Assembly (NCBI GenBank): GCA_028534125.1
Contig: CM052816.1
Coordinates: 65,536,001 to 65,600,000 of the forward strand
Direction: 5' to 3'
From: Lama glama
Taxonomy: Eukaryota
DNA: 64,000 nt
In this document: in pieces, positions 1 through 12,805 of the stretch
Layout of the letters: the number at the start of each line of letters is the position of its first letter
Numbering within the stretch: the first letter of the stretch is position 1
Made by a program: the position numbers and the translations under genes
Notes under the pieces: model-generated
Told to the model about the DNA's origin: nothing
The model's database searches: none
What the model saw: only the letters and a program-made list of their open reading frames with translations

Positions 1-47
1 TTAAACTGTGATGAATGTCATTAATGTCGTCTCTCCTTTTATTTTAG

Positions 48-85
48 GTAAGTACATCACCATTTTTGAAGCTTTATGCAGATGG
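48..85 (+). CDS. Candidate internal exon (38 nt) of an unidentified gene
   Basis: Polypyrimidine tract plus AG (ctctccttttattttAG, AG at 46-47) and consensus donor TGG|GTAAGT (86-91). Two frames are open: (G)KYITIFEALCRW or VSTSPFLKLYAD(G). Both stay open when joined to the exon at 9046. Confidence 0.6.
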
Positions 86-964
86 GTAAGTCTTGCTGTT
101 GAAGTGTTTCATGTTGATTTGCATACTTGGAGAATCTCGACCAGACAATGTGCTTATCATGGTCAGACAAATGCTTTTATTTTATTCAAGCAGAGATTTA
201 GAAAGATAACAGCATTTCCCACACATATTCCATCTCTGTTTCAAATTTTTGGCAGAAAAAAATACATTCATTATTTTAAATTGGATGACATGTTATGTTT
301 AATCTAAGTAATTGAAGATTGAGTTTTTTTACTCTGTCAGTAGAAGGCAGAGTATTTGAAAGGTTTTAGAATAGAAAAAAAAAGGTTTTCCTTCTATGAG
401 AAATTGTGAAAATTTCTGAGGTAAAACATACAAACCTTTGTTTTTTTCCTTGCAAATGATGAATCTTTTTAAAATCACATAAAAAGCAGGTATCCCATGA
501 TTATATTAATAAGATACAATTTTGTAGCAAATAGAAAATGTGGCTAATGTTCCTATAAGATCATTTGTACAGAACATTATACAAATTGTACATTGTACAA
601 ATGAGGGAATTCTTGCTATGAGTGAGAGTTCATGTAGTTAATTTAGTGTTTATCGTTGTCTGTGATCCACTCCCATAGAAACTGAAGTAGGAGAAAAAGA
701 CCTTGAAACAGGGGATTTAGTATAGATGTAAGTTGGATGTGAAAGGTAATTAAGCTATGAAACAACTTGCAAAAGGAAGTTACAAAATTTCTGCAATGGC
801 GAACTTTAAAAACTATGTAAACAGTTTTATTTGCATTAGGAAAGTAAGATTTATCCTGTTTTGAGGCGAAGTATTGAGTTGACTAGTTGTCCTTGGTGAT
901 AAAGTCCCAATTTGCTCCTCCAAGCTTTAATTTCTACTACTTACTCCATCTAAACCCTATTCTC

Positions 965-1411
965 TGTATGTTAGTCTTACTCTTCTAAGAAGCCAATGCT
1001 AAAGTGGGACTGAAAATACAAGGATTTTAGGAAATGCTCATGTAAGAGGAAATAGAGGGAGAGTCAGATAAGGTTGAGGGAGACCTCAGATTATGATACA
1101 AATTTGACCCTAAGTGAAAAAGGGAGAGAGAGAGAGGCTGGGTGGAAGCATCCTAGATTGGTTAACTTAAGGCTTACATATAGAGTCCTTAATCCAACAC
1201 TGGCCATTAGAGGAGTCCTTTGTTTCCTGGGAATGGGTTTACCTCAATATCTCTATGTTCTCCACTTGATCAGTCATTGCCTGGGAGCAGGCCATGGAGG
1301 CATGGTCATAGCTCGAATTCTTCAGTGGATTTCAGAGGCAGCAGCTGGGGGCCCTTGGTCAGTTATGGTCCCTGTAGTGGGAGGTCTGCGGGCATTCCTG
1401 TGGACACCACA
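965..1411. mobile_element. ERVL solo LTR, LTR16-like
   Basis: About 450 bp bounded by TG...CA, with blocks I recall from LTR16 consensus (gggtggaagcatcctaga, cagtcattgcctgggagcag, ggatttcagaggcagcagctgggg). Confidence 0.65.
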
Positions 1412-1634
1412 CTTAGGCTCTTAGGTCTTGGTTCTTTCATTTCTTGTTCTGCATTAAAATCCCTCTCTCACCATTGCCTTTGACTCACATTCTACTCGTT
1501 CTTCACGCCCAGATCAGTTACCATTTCCTTCATGATCTGAGCAAGCAATGGCTGGTGATTACCACTCTTTTTTTGGAATTTTATAATTCTATGTATTTTC
1601 CTATGATATTTGTTGCCTTTTGTTATACACTTGT

Positions 1635-2250
1635 TCAAAAATAATTAATGAGTGCTATGCTTGTGCTAGACATTCTGTTCTCTGGAGGGTCAGAAAAATT
1701 AATGGCTGAATAACATTTTGAAAAACTCATTGCAACCTGGTGGAAGAAACAATCCCATAAAATACATTAATTAAAACACAATGTAAAAGAGGTAGAAGTA
1801 TGGGGAAAGAGATATGAGGAATCAAAAAGGAAGAATTACATTTGGGGGAGAAGGGAAGGTAGTGCTGAGGGAGGGAGGAAAATTTTCATGAAAGAAGTGA
1901 CATTGAAATTTGCCTTGCTGGGGGAGGGTATAGCTCAGTGGTAGAGCATGTGCTTAGCATGCATGAGGTCCTAGGTTCGATCCCCAGTACCTCCATTTAA
2001 GAAAAAAAAAGAAAAGAAATTTGTCTTGAAGGATGATGAGGTAGCTAGTGGTTGATGGTTGAGTGGGCACCAAGTTCAAAGGTGTAGTGGTATGAACCAT
2101 CATAAAGAAGGTTGATAGTTCAGTGAATCTTACATGACATAGTGCATTTGGGGATTATGGTGGAAGCAGAGTCTGCAAAATTCACCTGATGCTGCTATCA
2201 GAGGCTTCTAATCTTGGTAAGTGGTTTGGACTTTATCCTATGAGGTTTAT
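1635..2250 (-). mobile_element. L2 fragment interrupted by a SINE
   Basis: Decayed L2 3' motif (aattaatgagtgctatgcttgtgctagacattctg) followed by purine-rich L2-like body ending near tttggactttatcct. Confidence 0.55.
1920..2015 (+). mobile_element. tRNA-Ala-derived SINE (Vic-1-like), short form
   Basis: A box TAGCTCAGTGG, B box GGTTCGATCCC, AGC anticodon, A tail. TSD gaaatttgccttg (1905-1917) / gaaatttgtcttg (2016-2028). Confidence 0.92.
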
Positions 2251-2381
2251 CTAACTTAGAACATCTGAAATTCATGTAGGCTTGGCAGAATTACAAAAAC
2301 ATTGATGTATATAATTCCATTATGCCATGCCAAACAAAATTTTTTTGAACCTTTTCTAGCACATGTTAAGAGTCAAGGTAA

Positions 2382-2487
2382 GGGGGTAGGGTATAGCTCA
2401 GTAGTAGAGCACATGCTTAGCCTGCACAAGGTCCTGAGTTCAATCCCCAGTACCTCCATTAATGACAACAAAAAATAAGTCAGAAAA
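2382..2487 (+). mobile_element. tRNA-Ala-derived SINE (Vic-1-like)
   Basis: Same tRNA head with A-rich tail. TSD aagagtcaaggta (2368-2380) / aagagtcaagtta (2488-2500). Confidence 0.92.
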
Positions 2488-3274
2488 AAGAGTCAAGTTA
2501 TAGAAGGCATTAAGTATTTTTAAGCACAGTTTTTGGATGAATAACTCAAAAAATGAGAAAACTGTATTACCAGGATAAATGTTATAGAACTGTATGTATC
2601 TTTTCAAAAAAGATGAATATTCTGTAATTTGCAGTATGGATTCACATCTGTTGAGTGCTTTTAAAATGTACTAGGTTTTGGAAGGAGGTAAGATTTTCTC
2701 CAAGAGGAAGGGGAGGAGGAGTAGGGGACTAGAGGAGATCATAAATTTTGTAATAGTAGCTGTCATCAGTATAGTTCTTGGAAAAAACAGATGCTCAATA
2801 AGTGATTATTGAAGAAATTAGATAAATTAGAAGTTGAAGTGTGCGTGCATACAAGTAAAGTTAAACCTCCACGGTAAGAAGGAAGAGTACAGTGTTTTTA
2901 GTCTCTTTTTTTTCTTTTGAGAGTGAACTACAATAAGAAAAATATTTTAAGTTAAGACCCAGCCACACAAACATATACATACAATTGTATGTAACTGTAA
3001 TTCAAATATCAAAACAAATACTTAGCTGTACAAAGTATGATACATTCTGATATTCTTTTATTCCAGCTCATTAGAAAATGCTGGTCATATCCCGCTAAAT
3101 AGATTTCATAACCTACTAATAGATTGCAGCTCACAGTTTGAAAAAGCTTATGTGAAGAAAACATATACATTTGTATTGTTATTCAGAAATGAATCTATTA
3201 GAACCATTTATTATAGTCAGACCTGAAAAACAAAAGCCGAAAAGTCTAAGTACTTTCTCACTAGCAAAGGAATT

Positions 3275-5130
3275 TATTTTAACTTTTAATTGGACATAAT
3301 TTCAGATTTACTGTAAAGTTTCAGGAATAGCACAAAAGATTCCTGGATACCCTTCACCAAGAGTCCTCCATCGTTCTCATTTTCTGTCATCTCTCTTCTC
3401 TTATCTGTGTATGTATGTATGTATCTGTCTATCCATCTGACTATCATCTGTCCATACACACACACATATGTTTATTTTTATATTTTTTTCTTCTGAACTG
3501 TTTAAGTCATAGATGTGTTACCCTTTTACTTCTAAATACTCAAATGTTTTATAACAAATGAAATTAGCTTAAACATAGGTACAGTTCAGTGATCAAAATT
3601 AGCAAATTAACACTGATACAATGCTATTATCAAATCTACAGACCTTATTTCAGATTTCAATAGTTGTTTCAATAGTGTTCTTTATAGCAAAGGAAAATAC
3701 ACAATAATGCTTTTCAGTTTGTTTTGATGTCTTTTTAATACCCTTTAAATTGGAACAGTTTCTGAGGCTTTCTTTGTATTTCATGTCATTGATTTTTTTT
3801 TTTGAAAAATGCAGGCCAGTTGTTTTGTAGATGATCCTTCTATTTGAGTTTTATGTTTCCTTGCGATGAGATTCAAGTCAGACAGTTTCGGCAGGAGTAC
3901 CACAGGAGTGATGCTAAGTTCTTGTGTCTGGAGTCATGTGCTGTTGTTTAGCTGTTTAGTTCCACTGCTACAATTTTAACTTGATCATTTGGTTAAAGTG
4001 ATGTCTGCCATGTTTCTCCACTATAAAGTTACCGTTCCCCCCCACCTTTTTAATAAAAAAGTAACTTGTAGAGTGATACTTTGAGTCTATGGAAATAACC
4101 TGGAATTTCACAAAGTTTTATCCAATAGTTAGAATTCATTAATGATTCCTGCCTGAATCATTTATTATTATGATGGTTGCTAAGGGAAACCATTTTTTCT
4201 CTATTTAGTAGATGGCATCTTAATATGTGGAAGAGCCTTCCTTTCCCATTTGTTTGTTTGTTTCTGTATAGACTCATGGGTTTCTTATTTAGCACATTAT
4301 AATCCTTTAATATTGTTAGTTAATGTCATTATTTTGACGCTCATCCTGTCTCTTTGGTCAGTGTGAGCGCCTTCTACTTGGCTTCATTGCCATTTTGACA
4401 TGTCCCTATCATCCTTCAGCACTTTCTCACTTTTTGGCACAAGATACCCAAGATTCTGGTATTTTCTCCTGCCCCAGCTTTGGGATCAGCTGCTTTCTTT
4501 TTTTTTTTCTTTTTTTTTTTTTAAGGATCCCTGATTCCTTTTAATAGAAAAAGATATTTAGAAGTCAAACTTTAGGGAGGAAGTGTGCTCATTGCTACTG
4601 AGGAGTTTTTGCTTGTAGGCTCTCTCAGCAGATAGATCTGGGGGATATGTATATGTATACACATACTTATATACATATATGTGTGCATAAATATACATTC
4701 CCATGCATATCTATATCCATGTGTATATCCAAGTATCTCTATACGTTAAATCTATGATTTCACACTGATAACTTCCAATTCCAGTCCAATCCCATAGTGT
4801 TTGCTCTATCCTTCTCCATTTTTGTCTGTGTAACTCCTTTACAACAGTAAGAAACCTGGCTTCCTTTATTCACAATATATTACATATTTTCCTAATCCTA
4901 GAATGTAGTTTTACAAAGTAGTTTCAAAATTGCTAACCCTTGCCTCTGTGGAAAAAATAAAGAAAATAAACAACAACAAAAAAGTAAACCTTTTGATTAG
5001 GTTTTTGGCATTCTTTTTGTCTTGTATGCCTTATCCTGTATTCAGATGTCACTTGGTTAGTTTTCCCCTCACCTCTGTCCTCATCCTGCTCCAGTGCAGT
5101 TGTGTTACTCATTTGAAATATGGTTCGGTT
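3275..5130 (-). mobile_element. Old L1M (L1MC-like) 3' region, decayed, with embedded microsatellites
   Basis: T-rich strand opening with the typical reverse L1MC 3' end (ataatttcagatttactgtaaagtttcaggaatagcacaaaagattcc...tacccttcacc) and continuing with L1-like blocks. Confidence 0.7.
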
Positions 5131-8100
5131 ATTTGTTTCAGCTTATAAGTTTGTTTTCACCTAGGGCTGAATCAAGCAATATGGGGTTTGGCATTTTCTA
5201 CTTCTATATTTAAAATATGGTGTTAATAGTCCCATTTCCACAATAGTAAGAATTGCCTCACACCATTAAATAGCCAACTGAAGTAGGTTATTATTTTTTC
5301 CTGGATTAGATAGCTATGACTTAAGTTAGAGGATTTGCTGAACTTTGTCTATGACTAAACTTCAGGATTATCTGGGAAAATATGGGGACAAATATTGGTG
5401 CACAAGTGTTTTCAAATGTGTTTTTGAGTAAATTCCAAATGTATTTCTGGGTTTTGATATCTTTGTACCTCATTTCATTTTAACTAGTTTAGATGATTAA
5501 GATTAGGATATAAAAGCAATCTTATTATTTACTTACGTATTTTATGCTTCTTTTAGAGAAAGGATTTAAAGCTATCCTAATTATTTTTTAATGTATAAAA
5601 GGACTATGTAAAGCTAAGTCAGAAACACAAATGTAAAAGTATATTTTGTGTTTAAAGTTAAATTTAGATCTGTGCTTCCTCAAAGCTATAGTAATAGGGA
5701 AACCTGACAATATTTATGTCTTTAGCAGGAAAACTTTCATCCTGTGATTAATTCTAAGATATTTTCATTAGTATCTTTGTTCAAAGCAGAGCAACAATGT
5801 CTTTAACAACAATTTTATATGAGTTACATAATAGCACATCATTCATTGTGGGTAAATGTAAGTGTTCTTGTACTTAGCCTCAAAACAAATTTAGCTGGTA
5901 AAACATTGTCTTATGTAAGGATTTAAGTGATTGCAGGTCTGATGACTTAATATTGGGAAACAATTCAGCATACATATCAGAGTGGCTCTTCAGCCTTGCC
6001 ATTGGATTATCTTTTTTTATGCATCACTTGGCTCAACTTCACTTGGCAGGAACTTGATTACAGAAGCTAGATGGCTGTCAACCGACATTTAGCCCTTTGT
6101 CTGGCATGTGAATAATCTGAGATTTCTTTTGGAGTAAGATCTACAGGGTTTCTATTACAGGATTATAGTTAGCAAAATCACCAGGAAATGTTTAGGGAAG
6201 CAAGATAACCACAGATGTATCTGATTACCTATTTGGAGCACTTACAGTGGAATTTCTTACTGTTTCTGATGTAGTCAAAAGCAGTAAAATAAAATAAACT
6301 GCAAATTGTTAGGTTTTATTTTTTCCTTTCTATGTTGGAAAAGTAATCACTGTATCAGGGTTATCAGTTGTAGTTCAATTGATATGTAAAACATCCTTCC
6401 TTTAAGCCTTTGTTCCTGTTATGCTTAAGAACTCTAGAAAATGTCTATGTTTAGCAACTTTGGAATTACACTTTATTACCCTTTCTCTATCCTATAGCTG
6501 TATTTCAGAATGTATCATTATCAGCGAGATAGAGCGTGTAATATGTATCATGGGTTAAAAAGTAGATGTTGAATTCTTCTATTGTTGTCTTTTGCCAAAA
6601 TAGGGAAAAGAAATTGAGAAAATAAGCTTGTCTCTGAGTCTTTGTTGAGATTAATTTGAAATTTTACTAGAAACAGACTGCAAATATTGGAAAGATTAGT
6701 AATACCTAGTGTATTACATAAAGATGCTCATTAATGAGTTGTTGATAACAGTCAAGTATTTGGGGTGAGTATACATTAATAGCTAACTATTTAGAATTAC
6801 AATGCTCCCATATATTTACCAAAAAATGATAGAGATATTAACATTAAAATTTGTTACAAAACTGTACATAAATGTAATTCTTTACACATTTTTAAGTACT
6901 TATACTAAAATGTGACACCACTTCTATCTAATAGAATTATATATATACAATTTCCTTGTATTTATAGTTACAGTTTAAATAGAATTTGAAATAATGTTAT
7001 TAATTGTATAACAAAGAATTGTAACAGGCTGTTATAATACAAATAATCTAGCAAGAATGTTCTTTAACATCACACATTTCTGGAAAGCAAACCAAGACCT
7101 TTTTTTTTTTCATTCTTTTGGGGATGAGTTTAAGATATTTGAACAAGTCTTAGGGGACTGACTCATCATTTTACTGCCTTAGTGGTTTATGCATGCACCT
7201 CAGTTTTAAGCAGTAATGAGATCATTGTTTACTTAATTTATCATTTATTGAGCACTTATTATATGCTTACTAAAACTTGAAAATGTAAAGATAAGTGAGG
7301 GTTTTGGCCCCCAGGAACTAAAAGTTTAGTGGAAAGATTATTATAAACATAGAAAAATCCATATTAGGCTGTGCTAGAGCATGAACAATGTGGTTCAGGA
7401 GCCTGGTTGGTCACAGATGACTTTTCTTGAAGAGTCACACCCAGGAGGGATCAGAGGGGACAGATTGCGGAGGAGTAGGGTAGTGTAGTTTGTGAATGGT
7501 TTGGTTAGCTCAAGACTAATTCAGAAAAACCTTCCGTTTCTAATTTTTCTATTAAACACCATTATAAAAACATCAGTGCACATTCTGCAGTTATTAAGTT
7601 AGTCTTGGTCAATCAGAGTCTCACAGGAACGTCGAACTGCTGTTCCAAACATTAGTTCTGTCTATGTGTACAAAAAAGCAACTTGGCTGAACTTTATAGT
7701 CTATAGATTTGAGAAATCCACAACTCCCATTGATCATCTGAAAAAGAACAATGGGAAAGAACAACAGGAGAAAATGTTGCCAGTGTAACGTGACTTTCTG
7801 CGCACCTCCCCTGCTCATCTGACTCAGATGGTTCGGGCTGACTGTCACTCTCTGTCTTAGTGTGATTAAGAGTCAGTAAGATGATTACTTCAGAAAACTG
7901 TAAGCTTCTACTTAGAAAAGCCTAGATAAGTGCTAAGGAGTATATCAGGGGGATGAAGAGAGAAGACAGATCACTGAAATACAGAGAGCATGTAAGTTAA
8001 ATCACTGGTATAAGACTGCTAAACAGTAAAGAAACATTTTTATATGTTTCATCCAGAGTTTGCCTTTCTGCACATATATGAGAGAATAATAGTGCCTGTT

Positions 8101-9045
8101 TTAGCTAGTGCTTTGTGGCCAGATGTACATATAGCTATATTCATGTAACATAAGTTATAACATAAGCTGTGTGCCTATTACATATAGCTATCACTTTGTG
8201 GGCATATATACATATATGTACATATATGTACACATAGATATGCATATATACATCAGTAGCTTATATGTATATATTTTCTTTCAATTCATAAGATTGGGGA
8301 ATTTGGAATTATAGCTATTCGTTTTTTTAGCCATCCACATTTTGTTTCCTGCCAGTTTCTCACACAATCAAATATATATTTATTTCAATGTATGTATTTT
8401 ATATAGACTTTGGCTAATTTCCTTATGAAACACAGTAGTTTGAGACTTAGAAGTAGATAAAATGATTATTTGCACTCTAAAAAGATTATAAAATCCTTCA
8501 GCTTTTAGTAGCTCTCTGCTGGCTTGTTAGTTTATCATGAATATAATCCCATATCTAGGTTTAATCTGTATGATAAAATGCAAGTAGACCATTTTCAAAC
8601 CTGTGCTTGTCTCAGAGAAAGCCTTTAATAAATATCAGTTGCCTCTGTGAAGATATAAATAAATAAATGTGTTTAGTCTTTCAAAATATATGAAAAGTGT
8701 CTAAAAATATCAGCTATCTCAAGGTCAATGCTAAACATAAAGTGAATTCCTAAGAAAACTCTTGCAAGCATACAACCATACGGATTGACTTATTAGAAGT
8801 AGTCATTAAAAACCTCTTTTAGCTGCTGTTATTTTCCTTATTTCAAAACGTAAGTGCAGTTTCTACTGTGGTTGCTTAGAAATCCTATCTTCTGTTTCAC
8901 AAAACAAGTGTGTGCTTGTGTCATTAAGTGTACACCCTGATCCCTTATCTCCATTAGCAAAGGAGCCCACTCTAAACGTGAAATCTTTGTAGGTCACACT
9001 CTGATTTCTTAAAATTCATTTTGTCATAAGTATGTTTCTTAACAG

Positions 9046-9129
9046 ACATTTCAAAATTACCTTGAAAATGGTGGCCCTCTTGAAAGTTCAGTGCGTGCCA
9101 CAATTAGAGCTCTGGGTCATCGAGATTAG
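9046..9129 (+). CDS. Candidate terminal coding exon (TFQNYLENGGPLESSVRATIRALGHRD*); frame uncertain
   Basis: Acceptor tatgtttcttaacAG (AG at 9044-9045). In phase with exon 48-85, stop TAG at 9127-9129. An alternative frame is open to TGA at 9182-9184. Followed by non-repetitive, relatively CpG-rich sequence and AATAAA. Protein not recognised. Confidence 0.5.
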   Translation, partial: TFQNYLENGGPLESSVRATIRALGHRD

Positions 9130-10160
9130 CAGAGAACATCTCCGCGTGCAGAAGAGCGAACTCTGCCTCAGAGAGGTTCGGTGACTGCTTAGGTCAGGCT
9201 TGAATCGAGGTCTGAAGACTCCGAAGCCCTTTCACTCTCCATTACAAACGCCGATTGATTTGTTCCCCAGAATAGCCTGAGAGTCTGTATGTCCGTTGTC
9301 TTCCGTGTCCTTAAACACATTTAAGTTGGGAGGCTGTCGCCAGCAGACACGTTTAATTACATTAGCAACAAACAGCTGCGACTTCATGAGTGGGCATTGT
9401 GTGGCTGAGCTGTAGGTGCCCCTGAAAGTGCTGGCTGAAAAACCAAAAAGCATTCCTTTCCATCCTGTGCCAGTCTTCGTTCTTTGAGAGTGGTAGTGCC
9501 ATGCGGTGTTTACTGTAGATTATAGAACAATTACTGTTTTGGAATTCCAACTCTGCAACTAGAGAAATAAAAATCTACAAAGAAATTAAGTGTTTTTGGA
9601 ACAGTTATTTGGTAAAGGGGGACTCTCACTGAAATTCTTGGTACCCCATAGTGAAAACCTAGTCACAGCTGGTCGGAGTGCAGGTGTACATATTACATAG
9701 TTGACGTTGCCACATGTCTGCCGTGATTTGCCTGAAAGTCACTGGACAGTAGGAGGATGATTAAGGAAGTTTCCTGTGGAGATGAAAAGATGTATCAGAC
9801 GTGTTTCTCGTCTCTCTAGAACTTTCCAGAGGGGGAAAATACTGGACAAAATCTTCCAGGACAGTATGGGCATCTAACCTGACCCCAGCAAGTGTACCTT
9901 ACACAGATGGTATCTGCAGCACAGCAGGATTAAACTAGAAATACAGTCAGGTGCTTTTTCCTGACAGTAAGGAACATTCTTGGTTCCATGTTTAGGAATG
10001 TTTTATTCTTTAAATAAATAGTATGCCATTAATTTCATCAAACTTTTTCCTCTGTGTTTTTAAATATTCAACAATTTAGTGGTATCCTAATGTTAGTAGC
10101 ATCCTAACAATTTAAGCATCTCTTAAAGCCAATAAAATGAGGCATTTTTAGGTAAATATA
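9130..10160 (+). terminator. Putative 3' UTR with tandem poly(A) signals
   Basis: AATAAA at 9566-9571 (followed by GT-rich gtgtttttgg at ~9590), at 10013-10018 and at 10131-10136. No recognisable repeats in the interval. Confidence 0.45.
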
Positions 10161-10531
10161 TTTTACAGTGCAATGTTTGAAATTATGTTTCAGAAGTTTC
10201 TTTAACTTCTGATGAGCCAAATACATGGTCCATTGATTAAATGTTCCACATAAAGACATTTATTTTGGAATCTGTATGACTGTAACAATTGTAGGTTGAA
10301 GTTAAAAAGTGACCCTAAAAAAAGACTGGGAATGACGTGTCAATATTGTTATAACTCATATTTTTAGAGTAATGACTACGTAGAATAGTATAGATAGCAA
10401 AGAACTAGGTAAAGTTCCTGCTCAAGGATTTCTATTATATTTCTCTCCTTTCAATTATGATCTGTAGTCCAATTCCTTCCTCACTGTAATAACTAGTTCA
10501 GAGCGAAAATGCACTGATGTGATTTCCTGTC

Positions 10532-10550
10532 TGACCACTAGATGGCACCT
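10532..10550 (+). promoter_or_regulatory. CTCF binding motif
   Basis: TGACCACTAGATGGCACCT matches the CTCF core CCAC(T/C)AG(A/G)(T/G)GGC(A/G). It lies in non-repetitive DNA just downstream of the putative poly(A) sites. Confidence 0.7.
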
Positions 10551-12659
10551 GCTTCCCCATAGAATGAAGCGGCTTAGGAATTTCCAAGTACTGTCCATAT
10601 AGAAGCCTAGAAGAGGATGAGACAGTTGTACTTTCCATAGGGTTTTAATTTATTAAAGTCATCAAAGCAGCAAACAGCGTGTGTTACTTTGCATTCAAAA
10701 GTGGAGTAATGATTGGGTTTGTAAAGAGTATCAAGGAAACAGTGACTACTTAGGAAAAACGTGAAGTATGTTTCAGGAGGTAATTCAGAAGAAAGTCTGT
10801 TTTACTTTCCAAAATCTCATCAGAAGCAAGGATTCTCATTTTGTACTTGCTTGGAAAACTGGGTCCTAATCAGTGAGCCATGTATTAAAGAATAGACATA
10901 CTGGCGAATGTTGTGAAATTTACACAGTTGTTTTCTGCAAACCAAGCAAAAGATAAATTGCATTCTGCACAGTCATAGGCAAACAGTCATGGGCTATTTA
11001 CCATCCCACCCAGATCCCTCAGGCACAGGAATCTATCTAAAGTGTCCATTTAACCTTCCTGAGCAAAGGTTTACACTTGTTAAGATGGAGTAGGAGACTC
11101 CTCTATAGAAAGTACTATTCTTGTTTGTAAGATTGTAGAGTCTTAGAAAATTTAGTTAAAAGGATCCAGTGGATGTCTTTTCAATGCCCTTATTATAGAA
11201 ATGGAGAAAATATGTAGCTATTTCACGTACCTAAGATATTTGTAGACGAAACCATGATACATTTGTGGCACATTTTCACGTTATGATTTCCAAATTATTT
11301 GTCAGTAAATATTGGCTCAATGGTAGAGTTTGGGAAGTTGAGATATTGCCAGCTCAAAACATTAAAAAAAAAAACTTTCCCTTTCTCTTCTGGCACTTAA
11401 AAAAATATCTATTCCATGGAACTTTAGAGCTAGAAGGATTTTTTATATTTTTAAAATATTACATGTATGCCCGTCATTTTATTTGTAGTAATTACATCCT
11501 AGAGAGATTATGATGCATCCTGGACTTTTTGTATCACATCATGTTGAGCAATTCCCTTTGTGGACTTAGAGACAAAAAAAATCTGCAGTGATAAAAATTA
11601 AAATAGATTTGCAAAAAGAATTACTGATGACAATGTTTCTTAGGGTGGTGATTTTAATTTGGTGTTGGTATTTTAAGGATAAATGCATAAAACCAATTAT
11701 ATATTTGGGTGCATTATTATAACATAGCTTACTACTCAAATTTGAAGGAAGTAATATTGCATTATTATCAAATTTCAGAACTGGATTTTTTTTCTTTGGT
11801 TCATTGACTACATTGAATCATTGTGTTCAAGTTTTCCTTTTCATTCCTTCTTTTAGGAGTGGCTCTAGGGCATCATTAGGTAAATACTTGTTGGTTTTCC
11901 ATAATAATTATCTCTGAGCCTTAATGGTTTTGGGTTTTGGCCCCTCTTCATTTTCTCCAACTTTAGGCAGGAGTTCAAAATGGCTTCCAGTTGCAAAAAG
12001 AATTCTCAATCCAATTTACCATCTAGGCTGTCTGTGTGGTCTTGGCAAACCCTCCAGGCCTGGCTAGGCATGAGGTTGTTGGCAGAAGTGAGGCTGTGCC
12101 TCAGCTTGGGCTCCCACTTTGCCTTTCTGCCTGAAGACTTTCAAGATTTAGGGAGGGTCCATGAATATGTGAACCATTTTATCTCCAAAAGTATGCTATA
12201 GAGTTACCAAGCAACTCAGATCTTTTAAAGCTCCTGAGTTTAGGAATAATATACTTAAATACAAGTTTTCTTAGCATTGAGAGTTTTCAGTCATTTAAAA
12301 AAGTATCTGGGGACAAGAAATTCCAGCATTTGCTGAATAGTCCATAGGTAGTGCTTTTCCTATGAAAGGTATTTTTTTTTAACAAGGAAATAATAACAAT
12401 ACTTAGTTTCTCTTTATTATTTGGAAAGATAACTAATTATCATGGTTGTTGTCTTTGTCAATGTCTGTATACCATTTTGTATTTTCATCGCCTACCATTC
12501 ACCCCAGATCTGTTTTATAACTGGAAAAGAATCATGCTAGCTGAACAGGAGTTATCCTTCCTGGAGATAGAGCAGTTATTATTCTTTCACAGGGTGATCT
12601 GTCTGCCTGATTGCTGTTTGGATCTTCGATCATTTCTTCCTTTGATCTGCCAACTCAAA

Positions 12660-12805
12660 GGAGGGGGGCGGGTCAAAGCCATGCTGTTAGCTTTAACCAG
12701 GGTGGGGACCTGACCTTGTAGGTTGAAAATCTGAGGAGGTCACGTGACCCAGGACAGGATCACTGATGGTATTTAAATTAACTCTGCTACGGTTGCCAGA
12801 CAAAT
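12660..12805. promoter_or_regulatory. Candidate cis-regulatory cluster (GC box, palindromic E-box/CLEAR, RFX half-site)
   Basis: GGGGCGGG at 12665-12672, GGTCACGTGACC perfect palindrome at 12738-12749, GGTTGCC at 12791-12797. Confidence 0.4.

Noticed and set aside
8..307. 99-aa ORF spanning the first exon candidate
   Set aside because: It reads through the polypyrimidine tract and past a consensus donor; only 48-85 is plausibly exonic.
1924..1995. Genuine tRNA-Ala(AGC) gene
   Set aside because: Mismatches in acceptor and T stems, extra 5' Gs, an A tail and a TSD identify it as a SINE. The same applies to the other three copies.
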